Positions 17,989 to 28,151 of a stretch of DNA of 64,000 nucleotides are shown piece after piece. The notes below the pieces were generated by a model. It saw nothing but the letters and a program-made list of their open reading frames with translations, made no database searches and was not told the origin of the DNA. Each line of letters begins with the position of its first letter. Position 1 is the first letter of the stretch. The position numbers and the translations under genes were made by a program. Location of the stretch: the NCBI GenBank assembly GCA_007375595.1, contig VMEP01000001.1, positions 178,816-242,815 on the forward strand, given 5' to 3'. The stretch comes from Parcubacteria group bacterium LiPW_30. GTDB lineage: Bacteria; Patescibacteriota; Minisyncoccia; Phycocordibacterales; VMEP01.

Positions 17989-18870
17989 TTAAGGTGTTCT
18001 TACGTGCCAATGAGCATCATTTTCGTTGTAGAAAGAGCCACCAAATAGAATACATGTTTCCCCTATTTTTGAACAAGTATTTGAGTTTGCTCTGGTACTA
18101 GTCTCCACCCCTTTTTTTATTATATATTCTGATATTTTTACTCCAGAACTATTTTTCCCAATATCAACAACAGGACGACCTTGTCCATGTGTTTTGTGTT
18201 TCCACCACTCGGTTCCGCCACTTATGACGATTTTGCAATCACCACCACAGGCCTTTTTTAAAGTAGAGAGAAAAGAGATTGTTGATGTTGGAAGTAATCC
18301 CACATTTGTACAATTATTTTGACCATATGATTGGCATGGAGGATTATTAATCTCAATATTAGCGGCCTTAAGTAGGGCTCTAACCCTATCCTCGTCTTTT
18401 AAAATAGCCTCTAGTTGTTCTTTGTTTTCAGCTTTAACAAAAGGAGTAGAAACAGCTCCTGTGGTGACTCCGCTTGTCGGTGCGCCAGCAGGAGGTTTAA
18501 TAATATCCAGTTTGAGACTGACGATGTCTGGATTTATTGTGTATAGAAAAACGTAAATACCGAGCGCAAGAATTAGGCCTAGTATCGCTCCTTCAATTTT
18601 TGATTTAGCGTCTCCTATTTTAAACGGAGACTCGCTTGCCATATATTGAATTCCACCAATAACAATCTGGATAACCGCAAGCCCAGCAGCCACCCCAATA
18701 CCAATTTTAAAAACAAGATTAAGATAGTCAGAAAAAGGCTTACCGCCGGTCGTATTGTATGTACCGTTATAAACGCTCGGTTCAAGTAAGGTATATTCTG
18801 TTTGAGCAAAAACAAAAGGAGGTAAAGTAAAAAAAGTTAGCAGTAGTGTGGTTAAAAAGAAATTTTTCAT
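17989..18870 (-). CDS. CPR T4SS-pilin (VirB2/TrbC-like) domain fused to putative Zn peptidase-like C-terminal domain
   Basis: IGVAAGLAVIQIVIGGIQYM..AKSKIEGAILGLILAL..LYTINPDI; C-terminal HxxHxxGxxxxD and HWH. Confidence 0.7.
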   Translation of the reverse strand: MKNFFLTTLLLTFFTLPPFVFAQTEYTLLEPSVYNGTYNTTGGKPFSDYLNLVFKIGIGVAAGLAVIQIVIGGIQYMASESPFKIGDAKSKIEGAILGLILALGIYVFLYTINPDIVSLKLDIIKPPAGAPTSGVTTGAVSTPFVKAENKEQLEAILKDEDRVRALLKAANIEINNPPCQSYGQNNCTNVGLLPTSTISFLSTLKKACGGDCKIVISGGTEWWKHKTHGQGRPVVDIGKNSSGVKISEYIIKKGVETSTRANSNTCSKIGETCILFGGSFYNENDAHWHVRTP

Positions 18871-18871
18871 T

Positions 18872-19873
18872 TTATCTTCCTTTAAAGTTTAACATAAGGT
18901 TATTAGTTGCCGAGAGCAAGATTTTAGATGGACTTGTTACTTCAAGAGAGACGTTTGCTTCTCCTCCGACTCCTGTTTGTTGTCTAACAACTAAAATATT
19001 TGGATTTTTACTGTTCGTCGCTACAGGGCTACCATTAAGAGACCAAGTATATTGTATTTTACTGCTGGTTTTGTCTCTTGGAGAAATAAAATATGGTTCT
19101 GCAACTAAAGAAAGTTCTTCGTTCGAAAGATTTATAGAATTAAATAGGGACTTATTGTATAAAACTCCCAATATTGGGTTTTTTTCGTAAAATAAAATTT
19201 TTGGATCAACAATTCTAATAATGACCCCTCCTTTCCCTATTTTTACATCAGAAGTATTTCTTGTTTCTACCCCAATCGACTCCTCTCTTTTAAGATAGTC
19301 ATTTTTAAGAGATAACGTTGAAGCCCCTCTTCCAGAAAGAGAGCCGAGTATTTCGCCGTTACGACTCCATTTGTACGAAAGCTCGCTAGTTTTATAAGCG
19401 ACACCGTTACTTTTAAAAACACTAGGGACAATCGTGACTTTTATCGAAGACTCTGAGGTCGGCAAGGCTTTTCCTTTATAAAACGGCGGGGTGTAGATGT
19501 CGGTTGCTTCCCAAAGAATATCAACCTCTGATGGGTTTATGGTTGCGGTATCGCTCAAGAAGGTGTTTCCAAGAGTTGCAGTGGCAACTACGGTTGTTTT
19601 CTCGCCAACACCCTTTGTTTTGAAGGTGATTGATTTTTGTCCAACATTGGAAGAAAACTTTTTTCCATCCAAAGACCAAGAAATGCTTGCGATATCTAAA
19701 TTAACAGAAGGGCTAGAAACAGAGGCTGTAACTTCTTCATAAGCACCAGGTATTTCAGGTGAAATCTTAATAAAGAGGACGCTGTTGGTTTGTGCTTCGG
19801 CAATAATAAAAAACGAAAACAAAAAGATAGGGATTATTGCTTTTATGAAGTTGAGAGAATAGTTATTTTTCAC
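18872..19873 (-). CDS. Secreted protein with Ig-like repeats
   Basis: Signal peptide; repeated (Y)xWSxNG/WSLDG strands. Confidence 0.7.
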   Translation of the reverse strand: MKNNYSLNFIKAIIPIFLFSFFIIAEAQTNSVLFIKISPEIPGAYEEVTASVSSPSVNLDIASISWSLDGKKFSSNVGQKSITFKTKGVGEKTTVVATATLGNTFLSDTATINPSEVDILWEATDIYTPPFYKGKALPTSESSIKVTIVPSVFKSNGVAYKTSELSYKWSRNGEILGSLSGRGASTLSLKNDYLKREESIGVETRNTSDVKIGKGGVIIRIVDPKILFYEKNPILGVLYNKSLFNSINLSNEELSLVAEPYFISPRDKTSSKIQYTWSLNGSPVATNSKNPNILVVRQQTGVGGEANVSLEVTSPSKILLSATNNLMLNFKGR

Positions 19874-19938
19874 AAAAAACGCATTAAAGCTTGTTACTTA
19901 TTATAACCAAAAATCCCTTGCTAACCAAACAAAACAGG

Positions 19939-21771
19939 TTAGTTTGCGTTAGTTTGTTCCTCGACGGTACCAAGCTCTGCTTTGGCTTTTTTAATAGCGA
20001 GCACTTGTGATGGGTCGGAGGTGATTATTTGATCTTCCGTGTAGGAAGCGACAATTTTTAAAGCCACGTGTTTTAGTCCGGCGAAAAAGATACCCTCCCC
20101 TATACCAGACTCAAGAAGAAGGTATTTTTCTTCATCTGTTAGATTGAAGGTCTTTTGAACCACGTCAATAGAAGAAGGAGACTGCTTTAAGAGAAGCTGG
20201 ATAGAAGAGTTCGTGATAATAGGAAGACCATAGGGAGATTTAAGGAAATCGCCAACGTCCTGGGTAATTGTGGCAAGTCCTAAATAGTATTTACGTCCAC
20301 GTTTTGCAATACTGAAAAGAAAAGAGGCGGTATCTTCAGACTTCATCATCCACCAAGCCTCATCAACAACCAGGAGGCGTTTTTTGAGGTTTTTACGAAC
20401 GGCGTTCCAGATATAGTGGGTGACAATATACATCGCGACAGGCTTCAATTCATCTTCCATGTCACGGACAGAAAAGACCACGAACTTTTTGTTGATATCA
20501 ACATTGGTTGGTTTGTTTATAAAACCAGACCAAGTTCCTTTGGTGTATTTTGAGAGTTTTTGAAGAAGCTCTCCGCTTCCTTCCATTCCAGCGAGCACCA
20601 TTTCAAAGTCAGAAAGTAATGGAGGCTCAATCATTGAAAAATCTGAATCAGCGGTAATATCTTTCAGTGCGTATGTTTCAGTAATTGCGCGGTCTATAAG
20701 GGAGTCTTCTCCTGGTGAAAGACCACCGAGCATAATACGAAACAAACCAACAAGATTTACGATATTTGAACGTAAAACATCAGCCGCAGACTCGTCCTCT
20801 CTTGGAATAGGAAGATCAAATGGATTTATGTGATTTTCTGAAGTTAGGGAAATATTGAAATAACGCCCACCTGTTGCCTCGGCTAGATATTCATACTCCC
20901 TTTCTGGGTCTATTACGATAACTTCCGTATCAAACATTAAAGTACGAATTATTTCTAGTTTTGTGGTATACGATTTTCCAGAACCTGATTTAGCAAAAAT
21001 AATTGAATTGTAGTTTTCAAGTGAATAGCGATCAAAAAGAACAAGACTCGAATTGTGGCGGTTTATTCCATATAAAATTCCACGATCAGAAGTGAGGTCA
21101 AAAGAAACGAAGGGGAAAAGAGAAGAAAGAGGAGAAGAATTTAATTTAGAGTGAACACCTAATTCGTCTGAGGCTATTGGAATAACGCTTTTAAAACCTT
21201 GTTCTTGTTGGAAAAGAGCTGGTTTAACATAAACAAGTTTTGATTCAAGAATAGATTTTATTTCCGTCTCTGTTTTATCAAGCTCTGCCTCGGTGGCGCC
21301 ATAGATAGTGAGATAAAGACCAACGTCGAATATTTTTTCTTGCGCTTGCTGTAAGGAGTCGCGTAAGGCTTCTAGGTCTTGATATGCAGTATCAAGCATA
21401 GGGTCACGAACCATGCCTTTTTCTTCTCTCATGTGAATTTGGCTCTGAACTTCAGCAACCTTTTTTTGAAAAGTATGAAGAATTTTTGCCGTTTCAATCG
21501 GGTGAATGAAGATGGAAACATCAAAGACCTTGTCTAGGTTTATGATTGGAGAAAACCAGTTGTCAGCGAGTACTCTTGGGTAGGAAATAACAAAAAAGGT
21601 TCGTGCTATCTTATCCCCAAGATTTAATGCCCTTGGTTCTATTTTTAAGGCGGATGGGGCGATAATGTCGCGAAGCTCAAGTGTTGCTGCTTGGTATATT
21701 TCCTGAGGAAGAATCGGAGTAATTTCCTCCTCTTTTTCCTTATCTCCAGTTATGAAATCAAATATTCCCAT
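19939..21771 (-). CDS. VirB4/TraC-like ATPase
   Basis: AKSGSGKS Walker A, IDPEREY, INPFD, VVDEAW Walker B, KRGRKY, TQD. Confidence 0.92.
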   Translation of the reverse strand: MGIFDFITGDKEKEEEITPILPQEIYQAATLELRDIIAPSALKIEPRALNLGDKIARTFFVISYPRVLADNWFSPIINLDKVFDVSIFIHPIETAKILHTFQKKVAEVQSQIHMREEKGMVRDPMLDTAYQDLEALRDSLQQAQEKIFDVGLYLTIYGATEAELDKTETEIKSILESKLVYVKPALFQQEQGFKSVIPIASDELGVHSKLNSSPLSSLFPFVSFDLTSDRGILYGINRHNSSLVLFDRYSLENYNSIIFAKSGSGKSYTTKLEIIRTLMFDTEVIVIDPEREYEYLAEATGGRYFNISLTSENHINPFDLPIPREDESAADVLRSNIVNLVGLFRIMLGGLSPGEDSLIDRAITETYALKDITADSDFSMIEPPLLSDFEMVLAGMEGSGELLQKLSKYTKGTWSGFINKPTNVDINKKFVVFSVRDMEDELKPVAMYIVTHYIWNAVRKNLKKRLLVVDEAWWMMKSEDTASFLFSIAKRGRKYYLGLATITQDVGDFLKSPYGLPIITNSSIQLLLKQSPSSIDVVQKTFNLTDEEKYLLLESGIGEGIFFAGLKHVALKIVASYTEDQIITSDPSQVLAIKKAKAELGTVEEQTNAN

Positions 21772-21776
21772 AATGA

Positions 21777-22439
21777 TTATTGATTGAGCTTTATAGCTTT
21801 TTCTGTTTCCCCTGGGTTAAAAATTTTATAAAAAACCTCAATAACCTCTTCTGTTCCAAGTTGGACGGCCCTAACCCCAAAGCGGGATAAGCCTTGTGCG
21901 ACAACAGAAACACGTTGGTCGAGCTGAGAACGACTTTCTTCAAAAAGTTCTGATTCTGCGATTCTTGATTCCGCGGTAGGTTCTTTCTTGCTATCCATCC
22001 CAGGAATAGGGGGAAGTGAAAAACCACTACTGCCTTTTCCACCAAGAGACGGTGCGCTATACGGAACAACGATAAAGAAATTTTTAGTCATAATATTTCT
22101 TGTTTCCGCTAGATTCTTTATAAAATCGATGTATTCACGAGTCTGTATTTTAAGGAGGTCTTCTAGTTGTTCTTTCATTCTATCCTCAAGCATTGTTATG
22201 TATGGCTTGATATCTAATTTTCGAGATTGAATAAATATCTGAATTGAAAAATCTAAAGAATTTAGAAATCCTTGAAATTGAAGAATTGTAGCGGTTTGTT
22301 CGTCTTCCGATTTTAAAGAGAGGTTTAAGGAAGAAGTCATAACAAGAGCTCTTAAAGAGCCATCTTTTAAAATAACAACTCCATCACGCACTTCTTTGAT
22401 GGGAACAAAATCCTGAGCTGCTTTTGATTGAATGGCCAT
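21777..22439 (-). CDS. VirB4-associated conserved protein (TraC/TrsD N-terminal-like)
   Basis: NLSLKSEDEQ..FLNSLDFSIQI; lies between PrgI and VirB4. Confidence 0.7.
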   Translation of the reverse strand: MAIQSKAAQDFVPIKEVRDGVVILKDGSLRALVMTSSLNLSLKSEDEQTATILQFQGFLNSLDFSIQIFIQSRKLDIKPYITMLEDRMKEQLEDLLKIQTREYIDFIKNLAETRNIMTKNFFIVVPYSAPSLGGKGSSGFSLPPIPGMDSKKEPTAESRIAESELFEESRSQLDQRVSVVAQGLSRFGVRAVQLGTEEVIEVFYKIFNPGETEKAIKLNQ

Positions 22440-22498
22440 TGTTTATTTTGAATCAGTATAGCAAATTTGAACCAAAACACGTGTTTACAATAATGTTT

Positions 22499-22921
22499 TT
22501 ACTCCTCTTTGCTTGTGTTTAGAACATCGAGCCCCCAAGAAAGGTCCTTTAGTTTACTGTCAGATAGTTTTGGTACTAAAGAATTTTCTGAAGATTCTTT
22601 AGTGGCCTTTTTTGTTATCTCCATTGGGCGATTTTCTTTTTTCCAAATATATAATTTTTCTCCAAAATAATAACGAAAAGCTGCCTCAACACTGTTAATA
22701 AAAGGTTTCTCGTTTATTTTGTAGAAAGCTAGAGCAAAAGCTAGAGCTATTACTGGTATCACAAAAAACAAGGTTATTACTAGAGGAAGAAAGGCATCTA
22801 AAATTTTATATACAACAAAAGCCATACCAGCTCCACCGGCTAAATAAACGAACTGTTTAAAAGTAAAAGGACCAAAAATTTTATCTTCTACTTCTATGAA
22901 TTGAGGAACACGAAATTGCAT
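22499..22921 (-). CDS. PrgI family (VirB3-like) membrane protein
   Basis: QFRVPQFIEVEDKIFGPFTFKQF plus two TM helices. Confidence 0.85.
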   Translation of the reverse strand: MQFRVPQFIEVEDKIFGPFTFKQFVYLAGGAGMAFVVYKILDAFLPLVITLFFVIPVIALAFALAFYKINEKPFINSVEAAFRYYFGEKLYIWKKENRPMEITKKATKESSENSLVPKLSDSKLKDLSWGLDVLNTSKEE

Positions 22922-22962
22922 CTTTTTATTATAACGCATTCCTCATATAGAGCGAGAGAAAA

Positions 22963-23703
22963 TTAAACCTGCTCTCTGTAGGGGTCTAGCTGATAGGTAC
23001 TCTCTTTTTTAGGGATAGCAAAGTCGTTAGTTAGTTTTTCGGCGACAATGTTTTTAACTACGGGTGTTTCTTGTATTATTTTTTCTGATCCCTCTTTTCC
23101 ACTTTCAAGCTCAACTTTTATGTCTGGTTGATTGATTTGCAAGACTTCTTTTTTAGGAGGTAAACTTCTCTCCTCTGCTTTTGTTGGAGTTTCAATGTCT
23201 TTTAAGACTGTTTCTCTATTTAGGTTTTCACCCGCTTCGGTAGCTAGTTGTTCATTGTCAACAATCTCTATTCCACTTTCCCTAAGTATTGTTTTATCAA
23301 TTGGTTCTAGGGTTATTTGTACACCACTTTCTTGTGGCAGAGAATTTTCAGAAATATTGCTATGTTTTATTTCAACCATCTCGTCTGTGTTGTGAATTTT
23401 CTTTAGTGATTCACGAATTGAGTCAAAAATCTGTTCGTTGATATCGTGAACGATTAATTCCGCTACATCTTTTGTTACATTGAGTTTTGATTGAATAATT
23501 TCAGAAAAATCATTAGGTTTTGTAAGACCAAACATAACTAAATTTGTTTCATCAACTAAGATTGAGAGCTTGTCTATATGAAGGGAATATTTTGCTCCAA
23601 TATTTCTTATTTTTGAGCCAGTATCAAACCCAAAAAGAACACCTTTAACATCCTCAGGGAGAGATTCAAGCATTTGTTCTAATTGTTGGTTGGTGTAATC
23701 CAT
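22963..23703 (-). CDS. Hypothetical protein ending in DPYRE
   Basis: Long ORF in the operon; acidic tail. Confidence 0.75.
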   Translation of the reverse strand: MDYTNQQLEQMLESLPEDVKGVLFGFDTGSKIRNIGAKYSLHIDKLSILVDETNLVMFGLTKPNDFSEIIQSKLNVTKDVAELIVHDINEQIFDSIRESLKKIHNTDEMVEIKHSNISENSLPQESGVQITLEPIDKTILRESGIEIVDNEQLATEAGENLNRETVLKDIETPTKAEERSLPPKKEVLQINQPDIKVELESGKEGSEKIIQETPVVKNIVAEKLTNDFAIPKKESTYQLDPYREQV

Positions 23704-23726
23704 AGGAAGACTTAGTTTACCTTAAT

Positions 23727-25949
23727 TTACTTCTTTTTTTCGCTACCACCGTCGTCTTTTTTCTTGCTTTCCCTGTCTCTTATTAGATCAAGTTTGTTTA
23801 TATAGTTTTGGAGTGTTCGCGCGTTTGTTTTTGCCATCTCTCTTTCAAGGATTAATTTTGCACGGGCATCTTTGTCTGCCCCCTTGCCAAGGTCTTCAAG
23901 TTCTACGCTTATAGTAGCGGCTTGTTTTGTAAAATTATCAATGGCGTCTTTTACTGAGCCATGGCTACCCATTAATTCTTTTATGGTTTCTTCTAGACCC
24001 GCAATTTCTCTATCAGCTTTGTATTTCTGGTCTATTTCTTTTTCTGCCTTTTTGGTTCCACCGGTATCTCCTATTTTAAGGCTTTGTGGAATAATCTCAC
24101 CTTTTCCAGTTTTTAGTTGGTCAAAATATTCTTTTTGTCTTTCTTGGGTTGTAGTTCTTTGTTTGTCTACCTCGGCTACCTTAAGTTTTTCTGCTCTTAG
24201 TTTATTTACTTCCTCAGAACTTTTACCTGCTTTTTCCGCATCTGTTAAGTCGATACTGTTAATTTCTTTGGTGGTTAGTTTGACCTTCTTAGCTTCAAGA
24301 AGTTTTGCCATCTCAACTCTTTCTTTTCCTAACGCTTCCTCTCCTCGTTTAAGATCTCCCCTGTAGCCATCCTTTAGATTTTCTGGTTTTTTGCCTAAGT
24401 CTAATTTAACGTCAGCAATTCCGGCGAGTTTTGATGCCATACCACCAACAAGAGGTATTTCTCCGGCGGCGCGAACATCAAAACTTGATTTAGCAACACC
24501 TTCGGTCGTCTGTAGTGCGAGGCGACCAACCTTGCTATTTGACGCCCAACCCTTGAAGTTTTCACTTCCCGCAAGTGCGGCAGCCCCTCGTCCGAGTATT
24601 TGTTTTCCAGCAAAACCACCAACACCGCCCACCACAGCCCCAGCTACTGTCATCAACCCGCTAGTTATTGTTCCACTAAGACCATCACATTTTGCGACCT
24701 TGTAAGACGCAATAAGAAAGAAACACACAAGGAAATAACTGAAAATAACAGTTACGCTAGTTGGGGATAAGTCACCGGTGGCTGTCATTCCAGAAAGGGC
24801 ATCGTTTATCCCTTTTCCAGACTTAACAACATTAACAGAAGAAAGAATTTGTAAAGAAACCCAAATGAGCAGAAAGTAGATCGGCGCAGAGAGCGAGTTG
24901 CAAATAAGCTCTTTCCACCATTTGTCAGTGTACTCTTTCAGTTTAGGTAAAATACTACCCAGAAACATAATTGGAGAAAAAGGAAGAAGAAAAATAAGAA
25001 CAGCAGTTCTTGCTATAAAAAGAAATGACGCTTGGAGAAAGATGAAAAACATAATAAAAACCATGACGGCTGTCGCCCACATTTGTGTAGTAACACCCCA
25101 TGCTGTTCCAGCGACTTCTTTTCCAGAGAACATTGTTTCTGCGTCAAATTTCTCCATAAATGCCCCACTAATGCCCACTGCCCCATTGTTTGTTATGGAA
25201 GAATAAAATTGAACAGCGACGATATTTGAGGTGTCGATAATTACTTTCGTAAAAAATAAACTAAAATTAACAAGGAGTGCCGCGAGAATAAGTGTTGGTA
25301 TGAATTTTTTTGCATCGCCTATCTGGAGAATATTTGTAATAGAAACCCAGAGCAACATAAATATAAAAAGAATATTTCCCAAATCTCGGATGGTGCTCCA
25401 GGCGATATTGATTCCATTATTAGATTGCCCAATAAGGGTACCCATTTCAAAGAGACTGAATTTTACTGCAAAATCAAATATTTGCCCGGCAAAACTAACT
25501 AGGAAGGTAAGAATTGTCAAAATAGCGTAACCAAAACCACGGGCGATACAAGCACCCCAGTTTTTAAAAAAACCATTAAGACTAGAACAAGATGCTGTTT
25601 CTTCTAGTGGATCAAAAGCAGAGGGAGGAAGTGTTTTTGCTGTTTCTGCTTGAACACAATTAAGATATTTACCAGAGTTTACGTCTTTAAGATAGGCACA
25701 GGCTTCCTCCGGGGTCATTGAAGTATTTAATGTTGCACCAGAATCCAGAGCTTTTGTTTGGTTATTTCTGTTTTCAATGTCAGTAGGAAGAATACAAGCA
25801 CCACCGTCTGGGTCATCCACAAAAGGTGCTTCGCAAGTCTGCGCACTTACAGTGTTTTCGATAAACAGTGGAAGTAAAAGAAATAGTGAAAAACTAAAGA
25901 AGAGTATTACTGAAAAATTTATTAGTTTTTTAAAAGAAAAAGATATCAT
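23727..25949 (-). CDS. VirB6/TrbL-like polytopic membrane protein
   Basis: WSTIRDLGN, LLVNFSLFFTKVIIDTSN, multiple TMs, Gly-rich then coiled-coil tail. Confidence 0.75.
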   Translation of the reverse strand: MISFSFKKLINFSVILFFSFSLFLLLPLFIENTVSAQTCEAPFVDDPDGGACILPTDIENRNNQTKALDSGATLNTSMTPEEACAYLKDVNSGKYLNCVQAETAKTLPPSAFDPLEETASCSSLNGFFKNWGACIARGFGYAILTILTFLVSFAGQIFDFAVKFSLFEMGTLIGQSNNGINIAWSTIRDLGNILFIFMLLWVSITNILQIGDAKKFIPTLILAALLVNFSLFFTKVIIDTSNIVAVQFYSSITNNGAVGISGAFMEKFDAETMFSGKEVAGTAWGVTTQMWATAVMVFIMFFIFLQASFLFIARTAVLIFLLPFSPIMFLGSILPKLKEYTDKWWKELICNSLSAPIYFLLIWVSLQILSSVNVVKSGKGINDALSGMTATGDLSPTSVTVIFSYFLVCFFLIASYKVAKCDGLSGTITSGLMTVAGAVVGGVGGFAGKQILGRGAAALAGSENFKGWASNSKVGRLALQTTEGVAKSSFDVRAAGEIPLVGGMASKLAGIADVKLDLGKKPENLKDGYRGDLKRGEEALGKERVEMAKLLEAKKVKLTTKEINSIDLTDAEKAGKSSEEVNKLRAEKLKVAEVDKQRTTTQERQKEYFDQLKTGKGEIIPQSLKIGDTGGTKKAEKEIDQKYKADREIAGLEETIKELMGSHGSVKDAIDNFTKQAATISVELEDLGKGADKDARAKLILEREMAKTNARTLQNYINKLDLIRDRESKKKDDGGSEKKK

Positions 25950-25953
25950 GCTT

Positions 25954-28119
25954 TTAGTATGTTTGTGGAAGGTTTTGTTTTTTTCTCTCTTCTTCCGCTA
26001 AAATTTCTTTATGCTCCGCTTCACAAGAGGTAATCATGCTTTTTGTTGTGTCACGAATCGTTCTTGCTTGGGACAATTGAGAGGAAGCGTTTGTCACCAC
26101 GTCAGAACTAGGGATTCTCCCTGAGGTCGAGATATTTATTAATTCGCCGGCTGCGGATTGGTAATCAACATCTTTTTTAGCAACAGCATCTTTAAGGGTA
26201 TATAGATCAATCATTGTTCTTGCTGCTGTTTCAATTTCGCTATCTAGGCTTGTTATTGCTTGGTTGTATAAAGTTGCTCTGTCGAAAAGAGAAGCTACCC
26301 CAGAGTTTGATTGATTTGCAAGGTTGCTTGGACAGTAAGTTACAGGCCCTAGTTTTATTAGAGAATCGGTTGCTACGGCTGCTTCGGAGGTAACGTTGCG
26401 GAGTTCGTCTATGATGGTGACATAAGCAATTAATGAGTTTGCTGTTTTTTCTATGCTATTAACAACATCGTTTGAAGAATTTATTTCTTGGTTTGAGATT
26501 TCTCTTGCCGTGGCGTTATTGTCGGTAGTATCCCAGAAAGACGAGTTTGAATCTGTGAGATAGTTTTGGAGTGCTAAGTCTGCCGTAGAAATTGTTTCGT
26601 TTGAGTCTGCTCCGATGTTGCCAGCGTTTCTTTCTGGGGCTGTTGCGGCAGAGCGAAGTTTTTCTTCGATAACTGATGCCGGAGTAATAACTTTATATTT
26701 TCGACAAGCCCCAGAGGTGGCGTCTACTTCCACACACTCTTCTATTGGCGAAACACCATTAACTAGTTTGTTTTTTGCCTCCTCTGATTTTTTGTCTTGA
26801 TCTTCCTGATAAATTCTTTCTGTGGCAACAAGGTACCCAAATCTGTTGTTTGATTCAATTTGGGTTAAGTTGTTCCAGCCTTTCCATCCACCAGCGGAGA
26901 AATCACCATTGCGAAATTTTGCAGCATTCGCTGAACCAATAATACTTGGGAGGCTGTCATTTAAGGCGCTTGCACTATTTGTAGTATTTTTTGCCTGTTC
27001 ACTGCTTACGATATTTTTTATTGCTTCATTTTTATAAGGAGAATTGCTCTTTGATAAGTCAGAGAGGAAAAGTTTTGTTTGGTTTTGTGTTTGCTTAAGC
27101 AAGTAATCATTCATGTTCGTGACATAAAGAGGGTTACCATTATTCCCTGTGTTTAACCAGTTGCGGATATTGTTTTCCATCTTAGCTCTTGTTATTAAAG
27201 AGCTCGTGTAAGAAAGTCTGTTTAGGCAAGTTTCTTTTGTTTTAAGAATACTCGTGTCTTGCTGAAGAGTGTTTATTTGTTTAACAATTGTTTGAGGGTC
27301 TGTTGGAACGGGGCCACTGCCTCCTATTAAAGAAAGTATTGAACCAACCCCAGGAATAGCACTAGCGCCACTAAACATAGAGCCTAATTCTCCTGCTGTA
27401 TATCCAGCAGACATTCCGCCGAGAGTATTTCCAAGACTAACCAAGCTACCAGAACCAATAGTTCCACCTAAATCTATGAGAACATTGGAAACGGCGTTTG
27501 TTGCACCAGAAAGTAGATCGCTTGATAAAGCGCTCGTTACTAATTTATCTGCTCCGCCAACAATAGCGCTTGTTCCAGATTGAATTGCACCACTAATACC
27601 ACCCGCTGAACTATCCGCTCCACTTACAGCTTGGTTAATTCCTTGGTTTATAGCGCTTGTTGCTCCGGTTACTGCGGTATTGGCGGCTTTATCTACGATA
27701 GAACCAACAGCACTTCCAACACTATTCCCTATTTGGCCACCACCGAGGGCGCCACTTATAGCACCAGAGGCGGAAGAACCAAGCCCACTTATTCCTGCCC
27801 CACTAATGAGTTGTTGTCCAAGAGAAGAAAGAGTGTTACCGATTGCTCCGCCGAGCGCGGTACACCCAGAGTTTCCCAGTGTTTCAGCCATAGATTCGTT
27901 GGAGGAGTTTAGACTTTTTCTTGTATCGAGAGCCTGGGTTTCTGAATCCCTGTTATCTATATCAGACGGAAGAATACAAGAACCTGGACTTGTTGGGTCA
28001 TCAACGAAACCGTCTGTACAGCCGTCAACTTCTTGAGCCTTGGCGTTGTTTGTATTAAAAAATGACGGCGAGAGAATAATCAGAGAAACAAGAATCACCG
28101 AAATTATTTTTTTTACCAT
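25954..28119 (-). CDS. Large secreted hypothetical protein with Gly/Ser/Ala-rich region
   Basis: Signal peptide; glycine-zipper-like stretch; start set at MVKK. Confidence 0.75.
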   Translation of the reverse strand: MVKKIISVILVSLIILSPSFFNTNNAKAQEVDGCTDGFVDDPTSPGSCILPSDIDNRDSETQALDTRKSLNSSNESMAETLGNSGCTALGGAIGNTLSSLGQQLISGAGISGLGSSASGAISGALGGGQIGNSVGSAVGSIVDKAANTAVTGATSAINQGINQAVSGADSSAGGISGAIQSGTSAIVGGADKLVTSALSSDLLSGATNAVSNVLIDLGGTIGSGSLVSLGNTLGGMSAGYTAGELGSMFSGASAIPGVGSILSLIGGSGPVPTDPQTIVKQINTLQQDTSILKTKETCLNRLSYTSSLITRAKMENNIRNWLNTGNNGNPLYVTNMNDYLLKQTQNQTKLFLSDLSKSNSPYKNEAIKNIVSSEQAKNTTNSASALNDSLPSIIGSANAAKFRNGDFSAGGWKGWNNLTQIESNNRFGYLVATERIYQEDQDKKSEEAKNKLVNGVSPIEECVEVDATSGACRKYKVITPASVIEEKLRSAATAPERNAGNIGADSNETISTADLALQNYLTDSNSSFWDTTDNNATAREISNQEINSSNDVVNSIEKTANSLIAYVTIIDELRNVTSEAAVATDSLIKLGPVTYCPSNLANQSNSGVASLFDRATLYNQAITSLDSEIETAARTMIDLYTLKDAVAKKDVDYQSAAGELINISTSGRIPSSDVVTNASSQLSQARTIRDTTKSMITSCEAEHKEILAEEERKKQNLPQTY

Positions 28120-28151
28120 ATTCCTTTTAGCAGAAAATAGAACCATAGTTT

